NCBI RefSeq assembly: GCF_009914755.1
Contig: NC_060936.1
From: the human T2T-CHM13v2.0 reference genome, Homo sapiens
Length of the DNA: 64,000 nucleotides
Reading direction: 5' to 3' (one strand)
Shown: piece after piece, positions 62,260 through 64,000 of the stretch
Layout: each line of letters starts with the position of its first letter
Position numbering within the stretch: position 1 is the stretch's first letter
Position numbers and translations under genes: made by a program
The notes under the pieces: generated by a model
The model's database searches: none
Seen by the model: only the letters and a program-made list of their open reading frames with translations
What the model was told of the DNA's origin: nothing

Positions 62260-63167
62260 CAAAATGGAACTGGTGAAGGAACCAAGGTCAAGATTAGGAT
62301 GGTGATTGTGGAAATGGAAAGAGAAAATCAATTTCTACATCCACTGCCAAAGCTGGGAAGATGTAACAAGGGATTTACCCTATATAGGGCTAAAAATATG
62401 ACAAACAGTGGGGACATTCTCCTATGATGGGGAGCGCTATTTTAGCACCATGGACAGCTCCCAGGTTATCAGGTATTCGTTCTGGGTGGTATGGAACCAT
62501 TATTGCTGTCCGTGATGGTGCCTTTTAATAAAAAACATTAAGTAACATTTTTGAACATATAACTAGTGAAAGCTTTACATACATTTATTAATTCTCATAA
62601 CGAAACAGGCACGTAAAGATTACATAATGTCGCCCCCAAAATCATACAGATAACAAGTGGCAGAGCTAAGTCCTGAGTCCAGGTAGTCTGGGTTTAAAAC
62701 CCACTACGCCGGCCAGGCACAGTGGCATAATACCAGCAATTTGGGAGGCTGAGGCGGGTGGATCACCCGAGGTCAGGGGTTTGAGGCCAGCCTGACCAAC
62801 TTGGTTAAAATCCATCTCTACTAAAAATACAAAAATTAGCTGGGCGTGGTGGCGGGTGCCTGTAATCCCAGCTGCTCAGGAGGCTGAGGCATGAATATCG
62901 CTTGAACCCAGGAGGTGGAGGTTGCATTGAGCCAAGATCATGCCACTGCACTCCAGTCTGGGCAAGAGAATGAGACTCTGTCAAAAAAAAAAAAAAAAAA
63001 AAATTTACACCATACTGGAAAAGACACTGATGACAAACTATGATTATATAGTTATAAAGGCTATATCTTTCCAGCTTTGGCAGTAGATATAGACACTGTG
63101 TCTCCCTTTCCATTTCCAAAATCGCCATCCCAGTCTTGACCTTGGTTCTCTCATCAGTTCCATTTTG
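62260..63167. repeat. 108-bp inverted repeat (arms 62260-62367 and 63060-63167)
   Basis: Manual ungapped alignment of arm 1 with the reverse complement of arm 2: 90/108 identical. Confidence 0.9.
62711..63003 (+). mobile_element. AluS
   Basis: Dimer with A tail. Confidence 0.88.
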
Positions 63168-64000
63168 GTTACATTGGAACTAAGTTTTGAATGACAAATG
63201 GAATTTAACTACAGTCCAGATGGCCAATAGGCTACCTGAAGCCCTGTGTTGAGAAGGGTTCTGAGTTCTAATCTAGGCCCAACAAAAAGCCTCCTGTGAG
63301 CAGTTAGCAAATGTGATAGAGAGTGATAGGAGACCTCAGGCTAGGAAGGTAGGTAAGCCAAATAATAAAGGGTCTTGGATGTGAGGAAGGAAGTTTAGAC
63401 ATTTTTCCTAAAAGTTTTAAAAACCCACTGAAGAGTTTTAAGCAAGATATGGCATTAGGATGAGATTTGCATTTTTTAAAAAATAATCCTAATAATTTCA
63501 CGGTAAAGATAACAGAGTAAACCATGATCACAGATTCTCCTTTTCCTAATACCTGATATAACGAAGAAAAACTGTAGCTCAGAAAGAGGACAACAAACTC
63601 ATCTGAGATAAGGTGAGATGGGGGCCAAGGAGACTTCATCCACACTATATAACAGTTACAAAAAGATCTGGTTGGAGCTGCCCATATGAAACAAGATTAA
63701 GATGAAAAGATGACCACGTACATGTGGTACAGTCAAAAAAGGGTGGAGTGGGGAGGAAGGAAGATAATGTATGCACTGTGAAGAAACCAGTATGGAAGAA
63801 AACATAAACCCATGAAACACATCCTCCAGGTAGTGCTTTGAACTATAAATGCCTCAGAATATGAACCTGGGTAAATAAGACCTCAAAATTGAGATGAAAA
63901 AATGACCGAGAGAGCAAAAAGTTGTCAGAGCTAAAGAAATGAATCAAAAACTGAAACAACACCATTATAGACCTAATATACAAATTAGAAATGCCAAATA

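Overview
Repeat-rich human genomic DNA. A processed keratin-19 retrocopy at 17029-18181 contains the miR-492 hairpin as I recall it, which identifies the locus as KRT19P2/MIR492 (from memory 12q22, between TMCC3 and NDUFA12). No complete protein-coding gene lies in the window; nearly all long ORFs come from Alu, L1, Tigger or GC-rich sequence. Mobile elements include a solo LTR2 (HERV-E), a solo MER50, a full-length but dead L1PA5-like element nested in an older L1M, older L1M remnants, MaLR LTRs, Tigger1, MER58 and about 35 Alus (one with all five AluYa5 diagnostics). The strongest lead is a CpG island (~55720-56800) with minus-strand promoter architecture and a candidate tiny coding first exon (ACC-ATG-CGG-AGG|GTGAGT, Met-Arg-Arg, phase 0). 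It may be a distal first exon of TMCC3. Other oddities: a fold-back plus distant templated insertion in L1 ORF2, a 108-bp local inverted duplication, and a ~150-bp unidentified retro-like insert inside an L1MC. Repeat subfamilies and boundaries are by eye against recalled consensus sequences and are approximate.
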